From the NCBI RefSeq assembly GCF_011745625.1, contig NW_027191465.1:186001-250000 (forward strand): 64,000 nt of DNA. Reading direction: 5' to 3'. The notes under the pieces are model-generated. The model saw nothing but the letters and a program-made list of their open reading frames with translations. It did not search any database and was not told where the DNA came from. The position numbers and the translations under genes were made by a program. Of the stretch, positions 36,402-46,466 are shown piece by piece; within the stretch, counting starts at the first letter, position 1; each line of letters starts with the position of its first letter. The DNA is from Cladosporium halotolerans (lineage: Eukaryota).

Positions 36402-38018
36402 TTAGTAGCCGAAAGTGCCATCGGCATTGCACAGCCTGGGCATGACATCGACGCCGCACTCCCTCCAGTCATCGATCATCTCGCAGCGCCAGTCGGCGGG
36501 GTCGGAGCCGTCGCCGTTGCCGGTGAAGGTGTTGCGGTAGGGGAAGCGGCAGTGGTTGCGGGTGAACTGGATGCCGTTGGCGGGCTCGTCCCACCAGAAC
36601 TTGGTGCCCTCGAGGGTGTCCGGGGCGTTGGAGTTCTCGACCCAGTCGACGAGCGAGTTGACGATGTTGGTGTTGGCGTCGGAGGCGGCCTTGTTCTGGC
36701 CGAACATCCAGGCGCCCGCGCCGGCGATGCCGCCGACGCCGCAGTGCGCCATGCCCGAGATGCGGAAGTAGCGCATGAAGGAGTCGATCTCGGTGTGGTC
36801 GAGGCCCATGCGGTCGGCGACCTTGAGGTAGAAGCGCTGGGAGTTGGCGCCGGAGGTGAGCGGGTCCGCGAGGCCGTGGTAGAGGATCATCTTGCCGTTG
36901 GAGTTGCGGAAGCCGGACAGGTCGGCGTTGAAGGAGGAGGGGTAGCCCATCTGCTGGTCGAGGTTGAGGGCGTCGCGGTAGTCGGCCTGGCCGACGGTGG
37001 TGACGTCGAAGCTGGAGTCGTTGTGCACGGCGCGGAAGAAGTCGCGGGCGATGCCCTGGACGTTGCCGGAGAGCTGGCCGAGCGAGAAGGCGTCGACTTG
37101 CGAGCCGGGGAGGAGGGCCGGGTAGAGAAGCTGGCCGTCGGTGTTGAAGAGCGGGGTGAAGACCTTCTCGACGGTGGTGACCTGGGTGGCGGTCAGACAG
37201 CGGGAGTCGTCGTTGACGTCGCAGTTCAGGGCGCTGGCGTTGAAGTTGCAGATGGTCGGGTCCTCGAGAATGCCGTCGGCGACGCCGTCAAGGGCCTCGT
37301 CGCACTCCTCCTCGATCTGGGACTGCACGAGGATCCACTGGTCCTTGGTCAGGAAGGTGTCGTCGCCGGAGGTTCCAGTCAGCTGAATGAAGCGGGCGCT
37401 CCAGCCCTGCAGGTTCTGGAAGTCGTTGGAGGGCGCGCCAGAGATGATACCGTCGAAGTCGTCAGGGTGGTACATGGCAGAGTGAAGACCCTGCTGGCCA
37501 CCAGCGGAGCAACCGATGTAGTAGGAGTAGGCGGCGTCGTTACCGTAGTATTGAGAGACGACCTCCTTGCCGATCTCGACGGAGGCGTGACGAGCGCGGT
37601 CGGCCCAGTCGACGATCTTCTCGTTGGCGTTGAGCATCCAGGTGCCGTCGAAGGAAGAACCGTTATGGCCAGCGTTGTCACCGATGGCGGCGAAACCCAT
37701 GCCGGAAACGTAGCTCATATCGACGTAGTGGACGCATCCGTTCACACCGCCGTTGTCGGTGCTCATGGTGCGGCCATTGTAGTTGTCGCTGGAGGGAAGC
37801 CAGACCTCCATGTAGGTCTCCGAGCTGCCGCTGGTCTGGACGTTCATGGAAACCTGGCAGATGTCGATCTCGGGGGTGAAGGAGTCGCCACACTGGGCGT
37901 TGGCCTGACCATTGGGAGTGTCGACGGCGGTGCCGGCAGCGTGGGAGACGCATGCCATGCCATTGAGAGCCCAGTTGCTCGGAGTGAAGTTGTTGCAGAT
38001 AGCCGCGCAGTCACCCAT
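36402..38018 (-). CDS. Tannase / feruloyl esterase family protein
   Basis: EVWLP..YNGR, DNGG..G, YYIGCSAGGQQG, YHGLADP, ISGMAHC (CS-D-HC motif). Strong C-ending codon bias. Confidence 0.95.
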   Translation of the reverse strand: MGDCAAICNNFTPSNWALNGMACVSHAAGTAVDTPNGQANAQCGDSFTPEIDICQVSMNVQTSGSSETYMEVWLPSSDNYNGRTMSTDNGGVNGCVHYVDMSYVSGMGFAAIGDNAGHNGSSFDGTWMLNANEKIVDWADRARHASVEIGKEVVSQYYGNDAAYSYYIGCSAGGQQGLHSAMYHPDDFDGIISGAPSNDFQNLQGWSARFIQLTGTSGDDTFLTKDQWILVQSQIEEECDEALDGVADGILEDPTICNFNASALNCDVNDDSRCLTATQVTTVEKVFTPLFNTDGQLLYPALLPGSQVDAFSLGQLSGNVQGIARDFFRAVHNDSSFDVTTVGQADYRDALNLDQQMGYPSSFNADLSGFRNSNGKMILYHGLADPLTSGANSQRFYLKVADRMGLDHTEIDSFMRYFRISGMAHCGVGGIAGAGAWMFGQNKAASDANTNIVNSLVDWVENSNAPDTLEGTKFWWDEPANGIQFTRNHCRFPYRNTFTGNGDGSDPADWRCEMIDDWRECGVDVMPRLCNADGTFGY

Positions 38019-40431
38019 GATTGCGGTGTTGGAGGGGTAAAAGGTGGGAGGGAAGAATTAATCGATGGAAGGAACAAAAACGACCCAAGAGAAAGACTGT
38101 AGTTGGAATAGATCGATTGTTCAAGGATGACCCGGGTCAAGAGTCGCCTTGGAGAAGAGGTTGGAGATGGGTGAAGGTTGCAAGCAGGGAAGCGCAACGG
38201 TAGAGAAGATGTAGGGCGAGTGATCGTCCGTGGTCGGGTAGGCGTTGAAACCTCCTAAGTACCTGTGTAATTAAAGGGCCCATCCTCGGAGCCCACCTCA
38301 CCGAGCCATGATGGCACCGCTGCAGCAGGGATGGCACCTAATGACAGCGCCGGCCTTCTTGGCCGGGGGTCCGTTGTGTGGACCGTTGACGAATGACGGG
38401 ACTTCATTGCGGAGCGCACCAACCACCCACCACGGGTAAGAGTAGCCTAGCGGTCGCCCTGCGCGCGAACAGCAACGACCCGACAACCAGCCTTGCGCTT
38501 TACCAGAGCCGAAAGCGTAATCTGTGCGATGTCGCCACAGCGTGAGTGGAGACATGAAATGTACCGGAGCGGCAGCACGCTTCTTTCCGTCGCGATAGTA
38601 ACGGCTCGAGTATGGCGACCGCGGCGCACAGCAGGTGATGAGAGTGCGAACGGGCGCGCGGGAACGGCGGGCGCACCCTGGGTTGTTTGAGATTTGGGCG
38701 CGGTGATCCGATTTTCGCTTTCATTAAACCATGCACGCCGGCGGCCACGCGAGTCGTCAGGACAGGCGAGGGAAATCTCACGGCGCGAGGATCGTCTGCG
38801 GCGGCGACATGGGTCGGGCATCCTTACGAGCGGGACGAGGGCGGGTGCCTGCAGCACAGCCGGCTTCCTAGGGCTGTCACCGCGGGAACAGCAGCAGATA
38901 GACTCGACGCGCGCGGAGAAGACCAGCCACCGCGGCAGATAAGCTCAACTGGTTCATACTGTCTGTACTCATGCTGTTGACGTCTGTCGCATGCGCGCGT
39001 GGTTGTGTCGTTGTATGCGCCGGTCAGTGTTGCTCTCATCTGCCAACGCCGGGCGCGCTGCTGTCTCAGGAGGTGTTCGCGGGCACGTCCGGCGCTCGAA
39101 ATTAAATCGTCCACTTCGCCCCTCCGCCGCGCCTATCACAGCCGACAGCCCGTCTTCGCCTCCCAAGACGCCGCCGATGCGACTATGCGCTGCCCTTCAG
39201 ACGTCAAAGGAACGCTACACGCGACTTGGAAACTCTGATTGCCCTCCATGCAGTTCAGCCACCGCGGCTACCTTGGCGACCTCACAGTCGCCTGAACAAC
39301 ACTGCCGCGCTCCACCTCGCGCTTGCGGTCTGCAGGTGTGTGGAGGCTTCTCTGCCCGCAGCATCCCTGCTCGCCGTGTGTTGCGTGGATACGGCAAGGC
39401 TGGGGATGGACGGCCATGGTAAATGATGATGCATGCAACCATTGCTGGCGCGCCAACTCGTGCCAACCAGCCTAGCAACAACCCGACATACCACGTTCGT
39501 ATGCACAAGCAGTTTGGCAGATGTCACTCGGTCACAAGGCCAAGTGCCAACCTCGCACCGGGCACCGCTATTTCTGTCCGGCGCGATTCATGGCACGACA
39601 AGACCGCCCTACCGCCTCCGCAGAGCTTGTCCACCGGATCCGATACCCGAGCTGAGTCTGATCTGCACCCGCAGATTCCTGCCTGAGGACCTTCTCCACG
39701 TGCTCTCCAAGACAAACCGGTGGCGAACCGTCGCAATTTTGCATGTCTCGCCACGACAAATGCAGTCATTTCCCGTATGATTTCTGGCGGAAACGGTAAC
39801 ATCGCCACTGGCACTCCGCGGACCGACATTCGTGTAATTGCCTCCGCGGGCGCTCAAGATGTTCGGTTCGGAATGGCTGGGAGTGGATACTGGCGGTATG
39901 TCACGGCATATCGGACTGACATGTCAATCGCTCACCGCGATCACTGCACGATACCAGCCATGCTGCAAGAACTCTTCTTGCCCGCCGCGGAATCTACTGA
40001 ATCCTGTACGGGCTTCATTCCTTGGAACATGTCCACTTTCGACGCTGCTCAGTCATCGCTGTGGCGCGGCACTTGTCGACGATACAGCCTGTCTCCCGGT
40101 CGCAATATCAAGGTAACCCGTATTTCGTACAATGTACTGAAAGTATGCAGAACGAACTTTGTATACTGTCACGGAAGGTCAGTCGCTCGCGACTCCAACG
40201 TGATTCCATTTCCTCTATCTCCGCAATGCACTCCATCCTCCACCTGACGAGCAATGAGATCATGGCCAGCTTAGTTGACCCCGTTAACCAATCGCCACGC
40301 TATGGCGTAATGCTCCATCTGCACATCGCGAGGCCAGACGAAAACACCAAGGTCACAAATCACCTAAAAAAAAAGGTAGTACAAAGCAACAAGACCAATC
40401 GATCAAACGCAACCTCACGACCTCCCCCAAA

Positions 40432-41511
40432 ATGTCAACAGACGACCTCATCCGCTACGACGCCCCCGGAGTCGAGCCCGAAATCCCCAATGAATCCGAG
40501 CAAATCCACAAACTCCACGGCCTCATCAACCGCATGCAGCAGAAGAACTTCACCTGCCACCGCCACGGCTTCCGCGGCACGCACGTCAAGACCCAAGCGG
40601 TCGCCAAAGGCACCCTCACCGTCTCCCCCGATCTCCCGGACCACCTCGCCCAAGGCCTCTTCTCCCACGGCCCGCAAACCCACGACATCGCCATCCGCTT
40701 CGCCAACGAACCCACCTTCCTCCAAGACGACCGCGCCCCCGGCCCCCGCGGCTGCGGCATGAAAGTCTTCGGCGTCCCCGGCGCCGAAGGAGACTTCATG
40801 GACCCCGCCGGCGCCACCAGCCACTCGCACGACTTCACCTTCAACAACGCACCGATCATCGAACTCCGCGACCTCCCCACCTGCCTCGAAATCATCTCCC
40901 TCCGCGAGCAGCACTTCTCCGACGGCCCCGGGCTCGAAGAAGCGCTCAAACAGCGCCCGGACTCCGACCTGCAGTTCGCGCCCGCCTCCCTGCCCAACCG
41001 CCACTTCCTCTCCTACACGATGTACTCCCAATCAGCCTTCCGCTGGGGCCCGTACGTCGCAAAATACGCCCTCTTCCCCGTGGGCAAAACGCAGCGCGAG
41101 CTGGCGCTCTGCCAGATCACGGCGGACGCGGACCCGGAGCAGCACAGCGCGTGGCTGCGCGAGCACTTCCGCAGCCACGACGCGGAGTTCGATTTCCGCG
41201 TGCAGATGCTGCGCGACCTGGGCGCGCAGAGCGTCGAGGACTGCTCCGTGGAGTGGGATCAGGAGAGGTTCCCGTTCGAGACGGTCGGGCGCGTCGTGCT
41301 GCCGCGGGGCCAGGATGTTTTCGACGCGCGGCGGAGGGTGTTTTGGGAGGAGGGCGTGAAGCTCAATCCGTGGTTTGGGCTGGAGGCGCATAGGCCGCTT
41401 GGGAGCGTTAATCGGTTGAGGAGGTCGCTTTATCAGAGGAGTGTGGCTAAGAGGGGCGAGTTGAATGCAAGCAGGGCGGAGGCGATTGGTAGGGTTGATC
41501 GGATACCCTGA
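40432..41511 (+). CDS. Catalase-related small heme protein (mini-catalase)
   Basis: FRGTHVK (distal His), IRFANEP, PRGCGMKV, DFTFNN (distal Asn), HRPLGSVNRLRRSLY (proximal Tyr). 359 aa, intronless. Confidence 0.88.
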   Translation: MSTDDLIRYDAPGVEPEIPNESEQIHKLHGLINRMQQKNFTCHRHGFRGTHVKTQAVAKGTLTVSPDLPDHLAQGLFSHGPQTHDIAIRFANEPTFLQDDRAPGPRGCGMKVFGVPGAEGDFMDPAGATSHSHDFTFNNAPIIELRDLPTCLEIISLREQHFSDGPGLEEALKQRPDSDLQFAPASLPNRHFLSYTMYSQSAFRWGPYVAKYALFPVGKTQRELALCQITADADPEQHSAWLREHFRSHDAEFDFRVQMLRDLGAQSVEDCSVEWDQERFPFETVGRVVLPRGQDVFDARRRVFWEEGVKLNPWFGLEAHRPLGSVNRLRRSLYQRSVAKRGELNASRAEAIGRVDRIP

Positions 41512-41670
41512 GTTGTTTCAGAAGCTTGATATCTGTTTTTGAATGATGTACGAAGCTAAGTCGCCTTGCGGTCTGTCTTTTTCGCGTCTATGGTCTATCT
41601 GGTCTGGTCCGGTCCATCTTCTCTACCAAACGACATTGCCACCATCTAATCAGACAAGCGCTTTCCCATC

Positions 41671-43450
41671 CTACTCATCCAAACGCCCAGGATGCACAAC
41701 AACCCCCGGCGTACTCTCATCCACCCTCCCATCATAATCGTGCCCATCCAGCGGCTCGCTCAAAGTGTAATTAGCGAAGCACGCAAAATTGTAGTTCGCC
41801 AACTCCTCCGCCCCAGCCTGGCTCGCGACAAAATCGCTCAGCTCGCACATTCCGTCCGAGCGACCTTCACAGCGACCGCCCCGGATCGAATCCAGCGGCA
41901 CGAGGCCATTGTTCAACCGCATGCGGACGAACTTGTGCGGAGCATTGCTGGCGTCGTAGCCGTATTGCGAGGGGTAGTAGAACGTCCTGCTCTCGCGAAC
42001 GGGCGAGGGGTTAGGATCCGCGCAGCCGATGACTTCAGTCACCAATTTCGCGCCGAACGGCGTGATGCGCGACATCCGGAACCGCCTCTCGGGGTCCAGC
42101 GGGAGTTCGCGCAGACTAGGCGCGTCGCGGAAGTAGTCGACGCTCAGCGCGGCCAGGACGGAGATGATGATGTCGTCGTGCGTGAAGTCGGCGTAGAAGG
42201 GCGCGCCGAGGGGGAAGGTCTCGGGAGAGCTGTCGAGGGTGCTGTTGGCGCTGCTGTTGCTGGTGGTGAGGGGTTGGTTGAGCAAGCGCGAGAGGAGTTC
42301 TTGAGCATAGCCGAGGCCTTGGGCGCGGCCGGTGGGGTTTCCGGCGCCGTAGTCGTCTTGGAGGTGTTAGTGTTGCGATCTTGTATTCGTTGCTGCTTTC
42401 AAGTTTAGGGAGGGCTTACAGTAGTATCCGATTCCCTGGGCGTGCTCGAAACCGGCCCATTCGGCTTCGGTGAAGAGGCCGCAGAGGTCTGAGGAGGCGA
42501 TGTAGGCGATTTCGTACGCGCAGGTGGACTGCATGGCGTAGGTGTCGTTGACGGTGAACTGGAAGCCCTCGGGAGCGTATTGCTGGAGTCGCGCCGTGGC
42601 GTCGGCGAGGTAAAGGGGTGTCCAGTGCGCGATGCGGTCGTTGTCGCCAATGTCGCCGATGCCGTAGACTTGGTCTGCGAAGCAGGCGTCGTAGGCGGCG
42701 AGGGTGTTGTTCTTGTTCTCGCCTTCGGGGATGACGACCGTGTCGAAGAGAGAGCCGTCGGTGCAGAAGCCTAGCATGGGGTCGGGAGTTTCGTAGTAGG
42801 AGACGCCGAAGAAACCGAGCGCCCAGTTGATCTGAGAGTTTTGCATGCGTGACTGGTTGGTTGTTCTGAGGACGGGCTTTGGGCGTTGAGTGCCGTTGGA
42901 GTAGGATCCATTATACTGCAGCTGGCCGAGAGAGGCATCATACAAGATACGGCCATATTGATTCCAGAAGGATACGCCAGCCTGGAACTCCGTAGCGGCA
43001 CCTTTGCCAGTCAGGTAGTCGTTGCCCAACTGGTACCTGTAGCTGTTCAGGAAGGCCAGGGGACCCTTGAAACCTTCATCAGGGAATTGTTTCGTGTGGT
43101 TGGAGACTTTCTCCGCGAACCTTTCACTGTTAGGTCCATCGTCTGCCCAGTCGCCCGGTAGTCGGTCTGCGTGTCGTTGGAGCGTGTGTGCTTGTTCGAT
43201 CTGGCAGCCGTCCGGGAGGCCGATGTCGGAGACGCCGAAGACGTCTGCTGCGTTGTCGCGGTAGGGAGAAATTTGGCCTGCAATCATCAGTCGATCAGCG
43301 ATTGTTTTTGGCGAGTGCCTATCATTTGCACGAACCCCAATATCGAGAAATGATATCAATGTCTGTCAAGAGATCCACCCGCGAGTCGTTCTGGGCTAGG
43401 ACCGCGTGCCCAGCTGCCAGCGCAGAAAGCAGGCCGGCGGTTCTACGCAT
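41671..43450 (-). CDS. Secreted histidine acid phosphatase / 3-phytase-like
   Basis: Signal peptide MRRTAGLLSALAAGHAVLAQ, WG|QISPY, RHADRLP (RHGxRxP variant), FTHD, R.SRITPFG, FVRMRLNN. Two introns. Confidence 0.92.
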
Positions 43451-44119
43451 GACGAATTGTGTCTACACAGAACGAAGGAAGGCAGAGCTGCGAAGTTTAC
43501 TTGTTCATGTACCCAGGAACTTATCGGGCCGCTTGCCCTTGACAGTGGATGTTTTACTCCACGCGGACGGCACTGCTAAAGAATCCTCCACTGCCAGAAA
43601 GGGCTTGGCGTCGGAAGTGGCAAAACGCTTGTCGATGGCGATCTAAGGGTTCGTTCGTACCAGCGATCCAATCATCAAGTTTCGATGGATCCAAGTCAAA
43701 GGAGCTATCACTCAGCAGCGTTCCAGAAACCAAACCCCAGAGGAATGTGTTCAGCGATCTCTTCGTTGAAATCGAAAACATCATCCTCCTCCCACTGAGG
43801 GCATTCGCATGTCTTTCATTGTGCCACACAGAGACAGCAATGCTCGTGGCGGCAGCAACAGCTGCTACCATCGGCTCTGGCTTTTTCACAAGCAGTCGCG
43901 CCGCGGAGAGACAAATTATTTGGATCACGTTTAGACCTGCGGAACAGGCCTGTCCAGGATGCTGTGAGAGGCCCGAAATCGACATACAATATGTGAGTCT
44001 TAACGATCTAACGATAGTTGAAGGATCACACGACCTTCCAGCTCTCGATATCGTTAATCCCCCTTGTGCTGCTGTCAACCTTCGTCGTGACAGAAACATG
44101 GGCTGCGCGCCATTGAGAG

Positions 44120-45110
44120 AGGAGCAATCTCGTTTCTTTTTCCCGCGAGAGCTCCCACGATCCCACAAGACTCTATGCTCCTATCTTCGCGTATCATACT
44201 ACAAACGAGCATTCGTTTTCGGAGAAGAGACTGGTGTCTTCTCACGTAACTACCAGACCGACTCTCCAAACTCGATACATTTTCTAAGCTCATATCTTCC
44301 CTCGTCATAACCGGAGAAGAGGATTTTCGATGCAGCTGGGAGCTTTACTCATCACACCTTTCTCCATGTGCTCGTATCTTCCCTCCTCGCAGCAGGGAAG
44401 TAAAGCAGCACACGGAGATAGAAGTTCTTTGCTTGCGTTGTTGATCCCTGAACGCTCCCTCGATCACACAAGAATCAACGCTCCTACCCTCGCCTCTCAT
44501 GCTATCAGCGAGCAGCAGTCCAAGAAGAAGGAAGCGTTGAATCACCACGCGGCAACAATGCTGGCTCTCCGAAGCCTTCATTTTCTCTAAGCCCGTATCA
44601 TCCCGCCTCATGAGAGCAACAGAAGAAATGCTGTGGAAATAGAAGCTCTCTTTCTCGTCATACTGTGTACATTGGTATGGACTCTCCTCGTGAGAAGAGA
44701 ATATGACGATCTACCGAGGTGAACCTCTTACCATAATCATGATCATATTCTTGATGCTCGTAGCGACTGTCCTCGTGATAGGAGAGTATGACGGCCCACG
44801 GGGATGGAAGCGCTGACCGTCTTCTTTCTCTATATGCTCGTATCGATTATCCTCGGAATATAAGGGTGTGGCAACCTAGGGAGATGCAATTTTTGGCCAT
44901 TCTCATCATTCTCTGTCCGCTCGTATCGAATGCTCACTTAATAAGGATAGTATGGCAGTGCAGGTAGGTGGGATTTCTCTTCGTCATTGTTGTCCTTCTC
45001 TGAACGCTCGTATCGGCTCTTCTCGTGACACGAGAGTATGGCAACCTACGAAGATCGAAATTCTCACCACCATCAACACCACGCTTCTCTGCACGCTCAT
45101 ACCAACCTCC
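44120..45110. repeat. Degenerate ~83-bp tandem repeat array with an internal 303-bp duplication
   Basis: GCTCGTATC-like anchor at 44288, 44370, 44454, 44591, 44671, 44756, 44836, 44919, 45006, 45095. Motifs at 44151/44177/44288 recur at 44454/44480/44591 (offset 303). Confidence 0.75.
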
Positions 45111-45267
45111 CCCACACCGCGTCTCGAGAGTCCCACGAGATCACCGACCCCCACCAGTCCCTCCCTCCCTACTTCCCCACCCCTCCACTCACCACCCACA
45201 ACACAGAGCAAATCCCACCCCTCTCAACCAAACCGCTCCAACCCCCCAGCCCCCTCCCTCCCCCTAA

Positions 45268-46005
45268 TCACCCATCCCTATACGCCCTCCCCAAAGCCGT
45301 CAACCCCCCCTCCCGCGCAATCAACGCCGCCCCGCCCCCCACAGCCCCACAATCCCTCATCGCCCCAAACCAAGCATACCTCTCCACCCACTCCAGCCCG
45401 TCCAAATACTTCCAGCTCTCGCGCGCAAACCCCTCCACCTCCGCAACCGGCAGCGGCCGCGCAGCATCCCAATTCGTCGCCGCGAACTCCGTGATCCACG
45501 CCGGCTTATCAGCTCCCAACTGATAATAGCTGCTCCAGATGTAATCGTAGAACCCCCCCAGCGAGGCGCCGTACCAGTGCAGGCAGTAGAAATCGACGTC
45601 GGAGCCGGCCGCGCGGATGCGCTGCAGAAAATCCAGCAGCCAGGGGACGGCGTGCGGCGCGGAGGAGATGGCGGGGGAGCCGGCGCGGAGGAGGCCGCGC
45701 TGGCGCAGGGGCTGGATGTGCTGGAGCCAGGTTTCTGCGGCGGCGGCGGCGGGCATGTTTGCTTGGTCTGGGAGCTCGGGCTCGTTGAAGGCGAGGAGGG
45801 TGGAGGTGGAGGTTATTTTTGATGGGAGGTCGGGGGCGCCGACGGCGTTCCATTGCATGGGGATGAAGGCGAGGGAGGCGGCGCCGGGGGTGGGGTTGGG
45901 GGACCAGTTGTAGAGCCAGGAGATTTTGGAGCCGGGCTTTGTGAAGGGGAAGACGGGGTCGGTGTTTTCGACGGGCCAGGCGAGGCCGCGTTTGGAGGGG
46001 GGCAT
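45268..46005 (-). CDS. GH128 beta-1,3-glucanase (Asl1-like)
   Basis: KRGLAW, WLYNW, FIPMQW, LLAFNEPE (acid/base), LHWY, WITEF (nucleophile), VERYAWFG. Confidence 0.9.
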   Translation of the reverse strand: MPPSKRGLAWPVENTDPVFPFTKPGSKISWLYNWSPNPTPGAASLAFIPMQWNAVGAPDLPSKITSTSTLLAFNEPELPDQANMPAAAAAETWLQHIQPLRQRGLLRAGSPAISSAPHAVPWLLDFLQRIRAAGSDVDFYCLHWYGASLGGFYDYIWSSYYQLGADKPAWITEFAATNWDAARPLPVAEVEGFARESWKYLDGLEWVERYAWFGAMRDCGAVGGGAALIAREGGLTALGRAYRDG

Positions 46006-46466
46006 GGTGGTGGCGGTGGGTGGGGGTGAATTGTTTTATGTGGCAGGTGAGTTGGGAGGAAACGGAGTGGGATCGATGAAGTGAGGTGAGGTTCACGGTA
46101 TGACGTGGGGCAAGCAACGCAGCAGGTATGGGGCGAGTGGATTCATGGAAGTTTGGAGCTGGGGAGAACATGGAGATGCCAAGCAAAAAGGTAAGCAAGC
46201 CATCGATCGAACAAGCACTGCGTTGTGGATCTCAAGAGTAAAGTGAAAGTCGTGTCACATTTCAATTCTGTCTACCCGTAGCAGAGCCCAACAAAGCCGC
46301 AAGACCAACGTCATTCGCCAGAGGCGAGTTAAGGATCGTGACCCAATACCATTGGGCAAGGAACACACTGAACGCCAACAAACACGTAGCGTCCAAATCA
46401 CAAAACAGAATGCCTCTCGCGCTGACTCGATAGGAGAAGCGGGCGACACCACGCCCAACCTGATGG

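Noticed and set aside
36552..38102. 516-aa + strand ORF opposite the tannase (similar cases at 21195-22091, 40435-41031, 58989-60212, 61248-62414)
   Set aside because: Antisense or alternate-frame shadows caused by GC-rich codon bias of real genes; no recognisable motifs.
38020..40430. Many short ORFs in the tannase / mini-catalase intergenic region
   Set aside because: Arg/Ala/Pro-rich random-like translations, typical of GC-rich promoter DNA.
43549..44310. 253-aa + strand ORF upstream of the phosphatase
   Set aside because: Non-ATG start, no motifs, and it runs into the degenerate repeat array.
44120..45110. CRISPR-like repeat-spacer interpretation of the array
   Set aside because: Eukaryotic context, highly degenerate repeats, low-complexity related linkers and no cas genes.
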